64,000 nt of DNA from Leucoraja erinacea (lineage: Eukaryota): NCBI RefSeq assembly GCF_028641065.1, contig NC_073386.1:55242001-55306000 (forward strand), in the 5' to 3' direction. The notes under the pieces are model-generated. The model made no database searches. It worked only from the letters and a program-made list of their open reading frames with translations, and was not told where the DNA came from. Below, piece by piece: positions 11,506 through 25,289 of this stretch; positions within the stretch are counted from its first letter, which is position 1, and every line of letters starts with the position of its first letter. The translations under genes and the position numbers were made by a program.

Positions 11506-14500
11506 TGAAGTTGCCATATTAATTTCATGTCAAAGAAAATGGTCCATTAGTTGGTGTCATTCCCCACACACAAGAAGTTAGTATAGTTGTAGGAAGTCAA
11601 TTATTCCAGCCAAAGCACATGAGGAATTAGAGGACAGTGTCCCACGACTATCTCTCTTCAGCTGACACATCATAAGGTTAATGGTTACATGGTTCAATAG
11701 TTTCTTTATTGTCATATGTACCGGGTACAATGAAATATATTTTTTGCATACAGATCAGCAAGACTACCCCCATATATCAAAAGTGAGGACTATCACTCAT
11801 GGCACTACAATATTCAATTGCATCGTTGACCCCTCTGAAAATGAAGCAATCCGCACCTGCATGCAACCAGACCTAGAAGGCATCAAGTATGGGCTGATAA
11901 ATGTAAGGATGTCTGTAGTTTATGCAATATAACCGTAGGCTGGTATGTCATCATATAGTGTTGGCTGTGCCCAGGTTAGATTTGGACCGCACACAAGTAA
12001 GGTAGAAGTTCTGTTTAAGATTGTTTGCTACTTTAGAACGTTCATTAAGTATATCTTCAGCCTCTGAATACACGATCACATTTTCTTTTCTTTCTTTATT
12101 TTATTTATCTGGGATTTTTAGGAGATGGGATACATCATCAAAGGAATTTAAAGGCTCTACTATTCTACTGGACATAAGATCCCCTGTCATTTACTGTTTT
12201 GTTTTAACTGCCCCAAGAAGATGTTGATGAGCTGGAATACCTCCAACATAGTAATCCCCACTGGCCTCTGGCAAATAAAACTCTGAGTTCAAGGTGGTCA
12301 TTGCAGTCAGTGTGCAAGTGCTCGGCAAAGCGCTCACCTCGTCTACGCTTAGTCTCTCCAGTGTAAAGAAGGCCACGTTGCAAGCACCAAATGCAATAGA
12401 CAAGGTTGGAGGGGATGCATGTGAATCTCTGATGTTTGGTGCCCTGGACGGTGGTGAGGGAGAAGGTATAGGAACAAGTGCATCATCCTATGGGTGCAGG
12501 TAAGAATGGGTGGGGCAGACAAATGGGACATGGAGTCAAACCAATAGGAAAGGTGGCTCAGCCGTGGCTAATCAATGTAAACGGGTTTATAAGTTTGCCA
12601 GAAAAAAATCCTGCGTTCAAGGACAATTACAAAATACACCAAGAGATATAAAAGGATAAAGTATTCAGAATTCAGTATTTTCAGTATTTACTTTAGTCAT
12701 TTTAACTGAGTACTTACATGCACAGAAGAAACAAAAAATTGTTTCTCAATCAGTTCCCATCTGTGCAGTTAATAAAAACAGAATAAATACATACAACTTT
12801 AAAATTAAAATTAACATATCTAAAAATAGGCCTAAAATTTGAACTAAAAACAGACAATCAGACCAAACAGTGGCTTGCTTTGACCAGTGTCCAGGTGTCA
12901 AAGCATGGGCGAGGTTAGATGTGTTGGTGTATGATGTATGGGGAGGGGACACAGTCCGTTAATCAGTCTTATTGCCTGTGGGAAGAAGTTGTGTAGCATC
13001 CTGCTGCTTTTGCAGCTGATACCCCTGTATCTCTTCCCAGGTGGCAGAATGGAGAATATGTGGTGTGATGGGTGATAGAGGTCCTTAATAAGAAAATAGA
13101 GTACATGGGTGGCCTAACAAGAAATATAAAAATATATTGTTAAAACGTCTGTCGTTATATGAAGAGGAAAATGTTAGCCAAAGTTAACGACTTTACAGAT
13201 GAGATATGTACATTTAATCTGTCTTCAGTTTTCACCAGCATCTGCAGCTCCTCCCTAACACATGTAAATTATATTGGAAGAATAGGAAATGACTGAAATC
13301 TTTTGTAGTTATGTTCACAGAAGAAGATGGAAATTATCCTGGAAATAGTCGGGAAAAGCAGTGCCAAATAAATAAGGAGTTGGAATAAATAACATTAGCT
13401 AAAAGTAGTATTAGGCAGATCAATGGAACAGATAGTCAACAAATTCTGATGACATGCATGCCAGGTTCTTGAAATAAGTCGACATGGAGATAGTGGATGC
13501 ATCAGCTGGCAGCTTCCGAAATTCCACAGATACTGGAACCATTCCCACAGACAAGATGGAGAGAGAGAGAACAGAGAAGAGAAAAAACAGGGAACTGTTA
13601 ACTAAATGGTCTGATATCAGTCGCTGCAACAATGGTAAAATCTATTACTAAGGGAGTGGAAACATAATAATATAATAATATCCAGCAGAGACAATTTGGA
13701 TTTATAAAAGAGGAACGTTTGATAAATTACTGGGAATATTTTGTAAATTCTCTTTTTAGGTTGTCACACAGAGATAGTAACTTGTAACCGGCTGAATAGA
13801 TAAGGGCAAAGATATTCACATGGTGTGCTTTGATTCTTACCATAAGGAATGAGCTGTGTGGTGAATCTGTGGAATTCTTTGCCTGTGGGGGGCTGTGGAG
13901 GCCATCAGTGGATATTTTCAAGGCAGGGGTGGGTAGATTCGTGATTAGTACGTGTGTCCGAGGTTATGGGGAGAAGGCAGGAGAATGGGGTTAAGAGGGA
14001 GAGATAGATCAGCCATGATTGAATGGCAGAGTGGGTTTGATGGGCCGAATGGCCTAATTCTACTCCTATTCCTTGGCCTTGTGACCTTATGATCTTGTCT
14101 CAGTGACTCATCCAAACTAAAGAAAAACAAAGCCATTTGCTGTTCAAAAAACGGAGCCTTTGTGAAACTGTGACTTGCAATTCCTGCAGTTACCATATTT
14201 CTTATTCAAGATTGTGATCAGGTTCATTGTTTTCCTCTCATGTACTTACTCAGGCCATGCCAACTGCCTGACTATGACAGCAGATATGATTTATATCACA
14301 GTTCAAACCTGGGCTGAAAACTGAACTGAACAATGACAGGAAAGTGCATGACCACAGGGTTATTTCCAAAATTACAACACTAGTCGAAACCAGAGTGGAA
14401 AGTGAATCTGCTGCCAATCAATCCTTCCGACCATGCCCCTGCAAACGGCTGCAACAGTTCTTATGCTGCCTATGAATATGATTAGGCTGGAAATATGGTT

Positions 14501-14949
14501 CGGCCAATTAGTTTGGAACTATCACAGCATGGCTTGGGGACAGCTCCATCCAAGACCGCAAGAAATAGCAGAGAAATGTGGACGCAGCCCAGACCATCAC
14601 ACAAATTGACTCCGTTTATACCTCACGTTGCCTCGGCAAGGCCAGCAGCATAATCAATGATGAGGCACACACTGGCCTCTCCCTCTTCTCCCATCTCCCA
14701 CCGGGCAAAAGGTATAGAAGTGTGAAAACGCACACCTCCAGATTCAGGGAGAGTTTCTTCCCAGCTGTTATCAGGCAACTGAAACATCCTACCACAACCA
14801 GAGAGCAGTGCTGAACTACTATCTTCCTCATTGGAGACCCTTGGACTATCTTTGATTGGACTTTACTGGCTCTATCGTGCACTAAACTTTATTCGCGTTA
14901 ATCCCTTTATCATGTATCTGTACTCTGTGAATGGCTCAATTGTAATCAT

Positions 14950-15485
14950 TCAATTTGAGTATAGGAGCAGGGAGGTTCTACTGCGGTTGTACAGGGTCTT
15001 GGTGAGACCACACCTGGAGTATTGCGTACAGTTTTGGTCTCCAAATCTGAGGAAGGACATTATTGCCATAGAGGGAGTGCAGAGAAGGTTCACCAGACTG
15101 ATTCCTGGGATGTCGGGACTGTCTTATGAAGAAAGACTGGATAGACTTGGTTCATACTCTCTAGATTTTAGGAGATTGAGAGGGGATCTTATAGAAACTT
15201 ACAATATTCTTAAGGGGTTGGACAGGCTAGATGCAGGAAGATTGCTCCCGATGCAGGAAGATTGCTCTCCTCTCCCCCTCTCCTCTCCTCCTCTCCTCTC
15301 CTCCCCCCTCCTCTCCCCCCCTCCCCCCCCTCCTCTCCTCCCCCCCCCTCCCCCCCCCCCTCTCCTCCCCCTCCCACCCCTCCCCCCTCCCCCCCCTCTC
15401 TCCCCCCTCTCCCCCCCCTCTCCCCTCTCCTCCTCTCTCACCCCCCCTCTCTCCTCCCCCCTCTCCCTCCCTCTCTCTCCTCCCC

Positions 15486-15521
<36 letters not shown>

Positions 15522-15581
15522 CCCTCCTCCCCTTCATTAGTGTGAGTGTGGGGGGGGGGGTAGTTAGTAGTGTGAGAGACG

Positions 15582-15612
<31 letters not shown>

Positions 15613-16080
15613 AACCACACGTTGGGGGAACAGACCCAACGGGTCTGCACTTGGTCTAGTAATCTCTAGAATTTAGGAGATTGAGAGGGGATCTTATAGA
15701 AACTTACAAAATTCTTAAGGGTTTGGACAGGCTAGATGCAGGAAGATTGTTCCCAATGTTGGGGAAGTCCAGGACAAGGGGTCACAGCTTAAGGATAAGG
15801 GGGAAATCCTTTAAAACCGAGATGAGAAAATCTTTTTACACACAGACAGTGGTGAATCTCTGGAACTCTCTGCCGCAGAGGGTAGTCGAGGCCAGTTCAT
15901 TGGCTATATTTAAGAGGGAGTTAGATGTGGCCCTTGTGGCTAAGGGGATCAGAGGGTATGGAGAGAAGGCAGGTACGGGATACTGAGTTGGATGATCAGC
16001 CATGATCATATTGAATGGCGGTGCAGGCTCGAAGGGCCGAATGGCCTACTCCTGCACCTAATCTCTATGTTTCTATGTTT
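14950..16080 (+). mobile_element. CR1 LINE 3' fragment(s) with Helitron piece, inserted in a Rex/Babar tail (14520-16165)
   Basis: [19 protein letters not shown]...[11 protein letters not shown]...; TTTCTATG tail. Confidence 0.88.
15268..15659 (+). mobile_element. Helitron 3' portion (same family as 4055-5352)
   Basis: CT-rich body, CAGACCCAACGGGTCTG hairpin, CACTTGGTCTAG|T end. Confidence 0.85.
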
Positions 16081-18900
16081 CATTGTCGTTCCGCCGACTG
16101 GTTAGCACGCAACAAAACATTTCCATTGTTCCTCGGTACACGTGCCAATTGTCTAAACTAAACAGTCTTTTGTTAAGTATATTTTCCTGTAGAAATTACC
16201 CTTATTTCCTTGAGGGTGATGGATGTAATTTTTGGTATTGAGTATTATTTGTACTATAAAGAGGCGTTGCTTTTCCTGTAAGTTAACTTTTTTTGATGTA
16301 AATCCAGTCACTTACCTTATCCTGCTTTTTTATGTGGTGGAAGGAACTGCAGATGCTGGTTTAAATCAAAGATAGACACAAAATGCTGAAGTAACTCTGG
16401 AGAGAAGGTATGGGTGATGTTTCGGGTTGAGACCCTTCTTCAGACTGTTCTCGACCCGAAAGGTCACCCATTCTTTCTCTCCAGAGATGCTGCCTGTCCC
16501 ACTCTGCTAATGTGTCTATTTTCTGCTTTTTTATTCATTGGCTGACGAAGGAGCTAAATTCAATTGAGACAATTCATATTCATAAACTTTTGCATTGGTT
16601 TGCACAGATATATTGGGTTGGAACAGAATGCACACTTGCCATTCACAGATCAGTGAATGTCAGATGGTGAGACCAAGTGGTTCTGTCATAAAGTGTGAGA
16701 TGCTCCTGCAGAAGGAATTTACGTAACTCAAGGAAGAGCAAGGGCCAAAAGAAAGTATCAAAATTTAATTAGTGCAGGTTCCAGGAAAAGTTGGACGATT
16801 TTGCATTTTAAACCTTTTTGTAGCCAAAGGCAATATGAAGAGAATAATTTGCTTTTGATCATTAAACAAAAGGTTTCCTGATCATTGTATAGCATTTTAT
16901 AGCTCCTGTTACTGTTACAGGATGACACAGCCCAACATGGGCCATGTTATTTCATCATTTGGAAATCTCTATCCTGGAGAGATGAACAATGAAATAGATT
17001 TAAGTCTGTGACCGATTTTTGGTCACACGGGGAGTGAAGAATTAGAAATGGGAAAGGAGTAGGATTGAAGGTCAAGATTAGATGATTTCATTGAAATGCA
17101 AGGCAGACTCAATGGACCCTCTGGACAACTACTGCTGCTGTTGGTTGTGTTCACATGAACTAGGAACATCAACATGAGACGGGGTTAGTATCAAAAACAT
17201 GAACATGAGATTAGTTTATCGTCACATGAACCCACGATCAGGAAATCTGGCAGAAATGCCAGTGGTAGAGACCGCCCCAAAATTACAGACCAGTCGGCGA
17301 TCGTTGCACAAAACAACAGCTTGCTCCATTTTTTTGCTCGCAGTCACTATGGAGCAGCCACCAGCGATGTTCTGCAAGAAAAGAAGATCTGTGGTTAAAA
17401 CCAAAAGTTGTTCCATCATGTTGGGATTGGGAGGCTATAAAATGATTTGGAATATAATTTAAATCCTAGCGTCATGGACAGATGGTATGAAACAAAACAA
17501 ACAAGGCCTGCTGGAACTGTAACTAACAACTCATATTTTTCTGGCAGCACAATGGTAAGAAAAATAGTCACAATGAAGGAAAATAACGTGTCTCGCAGAA
17601 AGAGAAGGGAAGCAAAAATCCACACAAATTGTGCGGACCTCAAGGTCAAAGGGACTAGGAAGCCTAACATTCCTTGCCTTGAGTAATCCTGGCCATGACA
17701 GTGTCCTGAGATTAGCCTTATCTCCTGCGGGTGATGTGGGGTGAGACTGATGGCTGCAAGAGGACTTAAATTAACTTAATTATGAGAATTGAAACAATAG
17801 CTTTTGTCCAAGTCAATAAACTTAATTTGATCAAAGGTTGGGGATAACAATTGGACTAGAAATGAAAATAAAGAAAAGCTTAGTCTTCCAGAATACACAT
17901 CAGGGTTGCCAATAAAACAGGAATTTATCGCTACCCTCCTTCTTACAATTGTCACAGGCTGTACATTATAGAGTCACAGAGTGTAGAAACTGGCCCTTCG
18001 GCCCAACTTGCCCACACCAGCCAACATGTCCCAGCTACACTAGTCCCACCTGCCCGCATTTGGTCCATATCCCTCCAAATCATGTGCCTGTCTAACTGTT
18101 TCTTAAATGTTGGGATAGTCCCTGCCTCTACTACCTCCTCTGACAGCTCGTTCCATACATCCACCCCCCTTTGTGTGAAAAAATTAAGGAATTCAAACCT
18201 GCTTCATATGGTTTTGCTGTAAACTTAAATAGAAGGAAACCTGTCCCTTGGCTTTTCTGAATAAATAAAGTCAGAATGCTCTGGATGAGAATTCTTATTC
18301 TCTGAAACTCTGAAACATCTGAAACAATTCAGAGCAATTTTACCAAGGAACGAATTGAGCAAATAAACCCGCACGTAGGCTATGGTGGGAGACTTGGTGA
18401 GCTTTTACCAAGACACAAATCTGTGACTTGTCGTTTCCTCCACAGTCTGTGAACTCATATATATTTGTAAATGAGACTAAACATGCTTCAAAATCATTCA
18501 CATTAGACTGTGCCAGCAACAATCTACCTTTATTTAATACTTTAAATCATCTTTTTAAATCCAAGGCATGTCCCAGAACTGCCAACATTTTGAGCTAAGA
18601 TATTTCGAAAATTTAAAAAAAAAACAAATCTGGAAATCTGACATAAAAAGCAATAAATGCTGGAAACACGCAACAGTACAAGCAGTGTGCTGTAAGGAGA
18701 GTTTTTCTTAACCCCCTTGGGAGGAATTTCGTTCAGAATATCTGTCCAAGGATATTTTCTGATTGGCTGGGTGTTCAACTTTTTGTGTGTGTGATTAAAG
18801 AGAGATGTTTCTGTCCAGATGTTGTATCTAATAGTCTGATAAGACAGAAACTATGCATGGTGCAAGGGTGCGGCTGCAAGGATATTTGCTTTTGGATGTG

Positions 18901-19130
18901 GGATGACAGATGGCGCAATGGGCTAAGTGTTCGGCTGGCGACCTGAAGGTAGCCGGTTCGAATCCCGCTTTGAGTGCATACTGTCATTGTGTCCTTGGGG
19001 CAAGACACTTCACCCACCTTTGCCTGTGTGTAAATGTAATGTAATTATGTGAAGCACTTTGGGGTCAATGCAAGTTGACTAAAAATGTGCTATATAAATA
19101 AGATTTATTATTATTATTATTATATTATTA
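18901..19130 (+). mobile_element. tRNA-derived SINE with CORE-like domain and L2-type tail
   Basis: A box TGGCGCAATGG, B box GGTTCGAATCCC, GTGTCCTTGGGCAAGACACTTCACC core, tail TGTGAAGCACTTTG...TGCTATATAAATAA then (ATT)n. Confidence 0.8.
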
Positions 19131-19413
19131 TGTAATGTTAGGGAACTCGGGAGACAACGATAAGGAGTTGGAAAAAACAATGTAAAGGTGATCAGAGGGC
19201 TGGGGGAGTTGGGTTGACGAGGGAATGGGTGGCAAAGACGGCAGGAAAGTGGCGAGGCCGGAAAATAGCAATCCACCACATTCACAAAATGCTGGAGTAA
19301 CTCAGCGGGACAGGCAGCATCACCGGAGAGAAGGAATGGGTTATGTTCCGGGTCGAGACCCTTCTTCAGACTTCTTCTGCCTGAAAAGTGACCCATTTCT
19401 TTTCTCCAGAGAT

Positions 19414-20140
19414 CATGGCCGTCCGAAGGGGGGGTGCGTTGGGTGCGACCGCACGCCCCTTTTTTCCCCACTAAGAAAAAAATCACACAAAAACAGAAGA
19501 AGAAAAAATCGGGGAAAAAAAGAAAGACAAAATCGGGGAAATAAAATCAACGTTCCCACTTTGGATATGGCCAATTCTCTGTTCTCCCGTCGCCGGGCAA
19601 GAGTGGGTGAACCCAACGGCTGTAATCCCAACACCAGACGTCGCTGTGGTGGAGCCCGCTCCGCTCGCCTCCCACGGCCGCCGGGGCCCAAGCCATCTTC
19701 CCCCCACACCACCCCTGCTGACCACCGCGGGCCCACGCCACTCCCGCTGGGCCCACACCACCCCCGCTGGGCCCACGCCACTCCCACTGGGCCCATGCCA
19801 CCCCCGCTGGGCCCACGCCACCCCCGCTGGGCCCACGCAACTCCCACTGGGCCCACGCCACCCCCACTGGGCCCATGCCACTCCCACTGGGCCCACGCCA
19901 CTCCCACTGGGCCCACGCCACCCCCGCTGGGCCCACGCCACCCCCGCTGGGCCCACGCCACCCCCACTGGGCCCACGCCGCCCCCGCTGGGCCCACGCCA
20001 CCCCCGCTGGGCCCACGCCACCCCCGCTGGGCCCACGCCACCCCCGCTGGGCCCACGCCACCCCCGCCCTGCCACCCCCGCTGGGCCCACGCCACCCCCG
20101 GGCACCCTCAAATATGCGTCAAGCCGATAGCCTAATCGTT
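19414..20140. mobile_element. Truncated DNA-transposon-like element (hAT-like CATGGCCGTCCGAAGGGGGG end) containing a minisatellite
   Basis: Abrupt junction with the preceding repeat; no matching right TIR found. Confidence 0.45.
19729..20100. repeat. 20-bp GC-rich minisatellite (GGGCCCACGCCACCCCCGCT)x~18
   Basis: Direct tandem units. Confidence 0.95.
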
Positions 20141-21200
20141 AAAGAGTTAAAAGATAGCCAAATCGATAAAGAGCTGAGAAGAGGAATCAGAGCTGCCAAG
20201 GAAAGGTACTCTGAGAAGTTGAGGAGCAAGTTCTCAGCTAATGACTCTTCTTCAGTTTGGAAGGGCATGCAAGAAATCACCAGCTATAAGAGGAAAGCCC
20301 CCCGCTCTTTGGACAATCGTCAGCTGATGAACGACCTGAATGAGTTTTACTGCAGGTTTGAAAATCAGAAACGTAACCCTGGTACCCCTTCCCCAACAAT
20401 CACAGCCAGACCCCAGTTTGCAAAGAATGGACCCTGCACCCTCTCCTTCCCATTCACCACTTCACACCTACTTAAGGTAAGACTCCAGTATGAAAAGAGT
20501 GGACCCTTTCCCACCACAACTAACACTTCACACCCACTCACAGCCTCACCTCAATCTGCAAAGATTGGGCCCTTCTACACCCACCCCACTCCAATCACCA
20601 CTTCACACCCAATTATTCATTTTTAACCAGTCCCTGCCTGCTTCAAAGTCTCCACTATTGTCCCTGTACCCAAAAAGGTAAGGATTACAGGTCTTAATGA
20701 CTACAGGCTTGTCGCACTGACCTCTGTAGTCATGAAGACCGTTGAAAGGCTTGTGCTGGCCAAGCTGGAAAATATCACAATCCCTCTGCTGGAATATCTG
20801 CATTTTGCATATTGTGGATGACGGAGTCAATCTGGGCCTGCACTTCATCCTCCAGCACCTAGACCGCCAGGGAACCTATGCGAGGATTTTGTTTTATTGA
20901 TTTTAGCTCTGCATTCAAAACCATTGTGCCAGAGCTACCACGCTCCAAACGTTCTGAGTCGACTGTGCCTGAACCCCTCAGTCGGTGGATCACCAGCTTT
21001 CTGATAGACAGGAAGCAGCATGTGAGGTGGGAAAGCATATCTCGGACCCGCAAACACTCAGCATAGGGGCACCGCAAGATGCATACTCTCCCCTCTCCTC
21101 TACTCTCGCCACACCAATGACTGCACCTCCACAGACACCTCTGTCAAGCTTCTCAAGTTTGCGGATGACACAACCCCGATTGGACTGATCCAGGATGGGG
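20140..21200 (+). mobile_element. Rex1/Babar LINE RT-region fragment (frameshifted, internally deleted)
   Basis: KELRRGIRAAKERYSEKL...VWKGMQEIT...LNEFYCRFE; IDFSSAF; LLKFADDT. Confidence 0.85.
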
Positions 21201-22637
21201 ATCTCTGTACTCTTTTCAGTTTGACATCTCTCCTATAACATGGTGCCCAGAACTGAACATAATATTCTAAATGCGGTCTCACCAAGGTCTTATACAACTG
21301 CAACATGACCTCTCAACTTCTATACTCAATACTCTGACTGATGAAGGCCAAAGTGCCAAAATACTTTTTGACCACCTGATATACCTGCGACACGACCTTC
21401 ATCAACCATTCCTCTGCCCACCTGGCTAATTGATCCAGATCCTGCTGCAATATTTCACAACCATCTTCACTATCTGCAAAACCACTCACTTCTGTATCAT
21501 CAGCAAACTGGTTAATCTTGCCCTGTTCTGTGACGTTTCACAGAGTGCTGGAGTAACTCAGTTGGCCAGGCTAAGTATAGAAGTTGGGAGGTCATGTTGC
21601 GGTTGCATAAGAAGTTGGTGAGGCCGCATTCAGAGTATTGTGTTCAGTTCTGGGCACCATGTTATAGGAAATATGTCATCAAACTGGAAAGGGTACAGTG
21701 AAGATTTATGAGGATGTTGCCAGGACTAGAGAGCCAGAGCTATAGGGAGAGGTTGAGTAGGCTGGGACTATTTCATGGAGCATAGGAGGATGAGGGATGA
21801 TCTAATAGAGGTGTATAAAATCATGATTTGAATAGATATGGTTGAGTCTTTTGCCCAGAGTAAGTGGATCGAGGAGCAGAGGACATAAGTTTAAGGTGAA
21901 GGGCAAAAGATAGGAAGCTGTGGGGTATGTTTTTCACACAAAGGGTGGTAGGTGTATGGAACAAGCTGCCAGAGGAGGTAGTTGAGGCAGGGACTATCAC
22001 AACATTTAAGAAACAGTTAGACAGGTACATGGATAGGACAGGTTCGGAGGGATATGGATCAAACGTGGGCAGGTGGGACTAGTGCAGATGGGACATGCTG
22101 GGCCAAAGGGCCTGTTTCCACACTGTATCACCCTATGACTCTATCTTTCCCTCTGAAACCCATTCTCCTGCCTTCTCCCCATTACCTCTGACACCCGTAT
22201 CAATCAAGAATCTATCAATCTCCTCCTGAAAAATGTCCATTGACTTGACCTCCACAGCTGTCTGTAGCAATGAATTCCACAGTTCACCACCCTCTGACTT
22301 AAGAAATTCCTGCTCATCTCCTTCCTAAAGGAATGTCTTTTAATTCTGAGGCTGTGGCCACTGGTCCTAGACTCTCCCACTAGTGGAAACATCCTCTCCA
22401 AATCCACTCCATCCAGGTTTTTACCAGGCTGGGACAGACGGCAACAGCTTCACACTGTGTCCCAAAGCTTGTGTCTGGTCCTGCATCACCCAAGGCAGCA
22501 GATATGTTATAGGAGAGGGCAAGCACCGTAACAAAGTAGCTCACGATGGTTTGGGTAACATTCAGGAATGTCTATGCATGTCACATCATGAATATTACTG
22601 AAGAACGGTCTTGACCCGAAATATAATCTATACCTTT

Positions 22638-22817
22638 TCTCCAGAGATGCTGCCTGACTCACTGAGTTACTCCAGCACTCTGTGACATGTCACCTATTCA
22701 TATTCTCTGCAGATGCTGCCTGACTCGCTGAGTTACTCCAGCACTCTGTGAAACGTCGCCTATTCATATTCTCCGCAGATGCTGCCTGACCCACTGAGTT
22801 ACTCCAGCACTTTGTGA
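22638..22817 (+). repeat. Triple tandem (~65 bp) of a Penelope-derived short repeat
   Basis: AGATGCTGCCTGACYCRCTGAGTTACTCCAGCACT occurs three times. Confidence 0.8.
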
Positions 22818-24868
22818 CTATTTTCCCTTCACCCATCTGCCCAAGCCCACTCCCCTCCTCCTTTCCTATGTTCCTTTCCACCCATAAACCTCTCTCTGCC
22901 TTTACATTTCACTCCTCTTTCAAATCTGCTCTACTTATCTACATGCATTTTTCTTCTTCACTTTTTAGTCATAGAATAATGCAGTATGGAAACAGGCCCT
23001 TCAGCCCAACTTGCCCACGCCGTCCCATCTAAACTAGTCCCACACACGCGTTTGGCCCATATCGATCTAAATCTGTCCTATGCATGTTCGTGTCCAAATG
23101 TCTCTTAAACAACAGGATAGTCCCAGCCTTAACTACCTCCTCTGGCAGCTCGTTACATACACCCAGCACCCTTTGTGTGAAAAAGCTGCCTCTCAGGTTC
23201 CTGTTAATTTCTGAAATATTGGTCATATATTTGGTGCAAAAATGCTCCAAAATAAGGCTCGCTGAGTTACTCCAGCATTTTGTGTCTATCTTCCGTGTAA
23301 ACCAGCGTCTACCGTTCCTTCCTACATATTGACGAAAAGGGCTATCTTCTATGACGGGCTGAAGGGAAGCAGGAGCGACCTATTGCGTGAGATTGGAAGT
23401 GTTTAAGAAGGAACTGCAGATGTTGGAAAATCGAAGGTAGACAAAAATGCTGGAGAAACTCAGCGGGTGCAGCAGCATCTATGGAGCGAAGGAGATAGGC
23501 AGCGTTTCGGGCCGAAACCCTTCTTCAGAAAGCGTTTTCAGTTTGGCAGGAAGACTAAAATGCTGGAGTAACTCAGCGGGTCGGGCAGCATCTCTGGAGA
23601 ACATGGATAGGGGACGTTTCAAGAACATTCCCTATACATACAATACTTTCGTTTTCATATCCCCTTTCAACACTTTTGTCATGAGTTATCTGATTTCTTT
23701 CATAATCCCCGGGACGTTTCATTCTCCGGCACTTCCAGACAGTGTGAAAGTACCTGGCTATCTATAACGTGCCTGTAACGTGACGATCCAGTTTGGGGGA
23801 TTTCGGCGGCGCTTTTGTTTGTCTCGGCGATGGAAAATGGACCATTCCCACAGGACCGCTGGAATTTTGTACAATCCGAAGATCAAAATCTGTCCAAAAG
23901 GAAGTTGAATGGTTGCTTGACCCAGAGGGAAGGGCGGGGGGGGGGGGGGGAATCCTACTTTGCAAACTAGTCTTAGTGGCGGAGATTTTTTCCGCTTCGT
24001 TTTGCACGTTAGAACCAAACCAAAAGAAATTTAAATACGAACAGCAAGCAGCTTAGTTCTATTTGTTGTGAAAAAAATCTAGATTTGTTGCAAACATGTC
24101 CTCATCACTTTGAAGCAAGCTTAATATTTTGCGTTGGACACCTGGCTTCTCGGCGGGTTGACGAGTTTGAATGAATATACTGCCAACCCACACACCTTGC
24201 AAACCCTCTCTCAGCGAGCAGTAGAGGCCTATTTTGGAGGTAAATTTGCAGCGGTCGATGAGGTCGAACTCTTTGCAGGTCATCTGGCAGACACCTGGCA
24301 AGTGGAGGCTTTCAAAAGTGAGTTAGCAAGAGCACAGGGGAACATGTTCATGTTAGGGTAATGGTCAAGGCTGGCACATTTACGCAAGCAACCCGACTCA
24401 ATCAGTGGAAGAATGGGATCGAAGGCTGGCCCTGACCGCTGGATGCAGATTGGGTCAACTCACCAGCTGTATCTTATCTCTATCAGTGACAAGTCAGCAA
24501 ACTACACCGGTCTCTGCTCTTGATTCCGCCCGGGTTATTTACTGAACGGTGCGAAATAAGGCCATAGGTTATAGGAGCAGAATTCGCCCATTCGGCCCAT
24601 CGAGTCTACTGCGCCATTCAATCATGGCTGATCCATCTCTCCCTCTTAACCCCATTCTCCTGCCTTCTCCCATAACCTCTGACACCCGTACTAATCAAGA
24701 ATCTGCCTATCTCTGCCTTAAATATATCCATTGCCTTGGCCTCCACAGCCTTCTGTGGCAATGAATTCCGCAGATTCACCACCCTCTGACTAAATCGATG
24801 GGCAACTTGGGTGCTGTACATTCCACCCTGAATCCCTGTTTGATTCCTGAATCCACGTGTCGTTGCAG

Positions 24869-25171
24869 CTCTGTCCGACACACTCATCGTGGAGACTGTG
24901 GGCAGCCTGGAAGTTGGCCAGAGGGGCTCCGTGAGATGTACGGTCCCCAAAGTCTACCCCGCTCAAGTGGAGGTGGAGTGGCTGAAAGGAACAACATTGC
25001 TGAAGACCGACAGCTTCCGTGACTACACAGAGGAAGAAACGGCGATGAACTTCACCTACGAACTGACGGCTGAATTGCGAGACTCGGGACAAGAGCTGAC
25101 ATGCCGAGTGCAATTACTCACGGAGAACCAACCACGCAAGGCCGAGGGGTCGCTAACGTTACAGGTTCACT
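24869..25171 (+). CDS. VCAM1-like Ig domain exon (domain 2/5 type), phase 1-1
   Basis: gttgcag|CT...CACT|gtaagt, 303 bp, open: LSDTLIVETVGSLEVGQRGSVRCTVPKVYPAQVEVEWLKG...DSGQELTCRVQL...LQVH, like VCAM1 D2 (GPLEAG...C.V.DVYP...LLKG...LVCRAKL). Confidence 0.85.
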
Positions 25172-25289
25172 GTAAGTATGGAGACAGAGATATAACATTG
25201 AGAACGGAATCACAGTCATAGACGCAGTCTGGACAATGGTTTAAGTCGCCCGCCTTTAATGTAGTGAATTATCCCATCTCCTTCTACAG

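Noticed and set aside
17199-17690. Hydrophobic short ORFs as possible VCAM leader or TM exons
   Set aside because: No recognisable homology or consistent splice sites.
18905-18975. tRNA gene
   Set aside because: A and B boxes are present but followed by a SINE core and tail; no convincing cloverleaf.
19225-20626. Pro/Gly-rich ORFs of 180-340 aa
   Set aside because: A 20-bp minisatellite fused by chance to a Rex1 fragment.
23790-23960. NF-kB-like sites (GGGGATTTCG, GGGAATCCT) as a VCAM promoter
   Set aside because: Imperfect matches with no leader exon identified nearby; short motifs are expected by chance.
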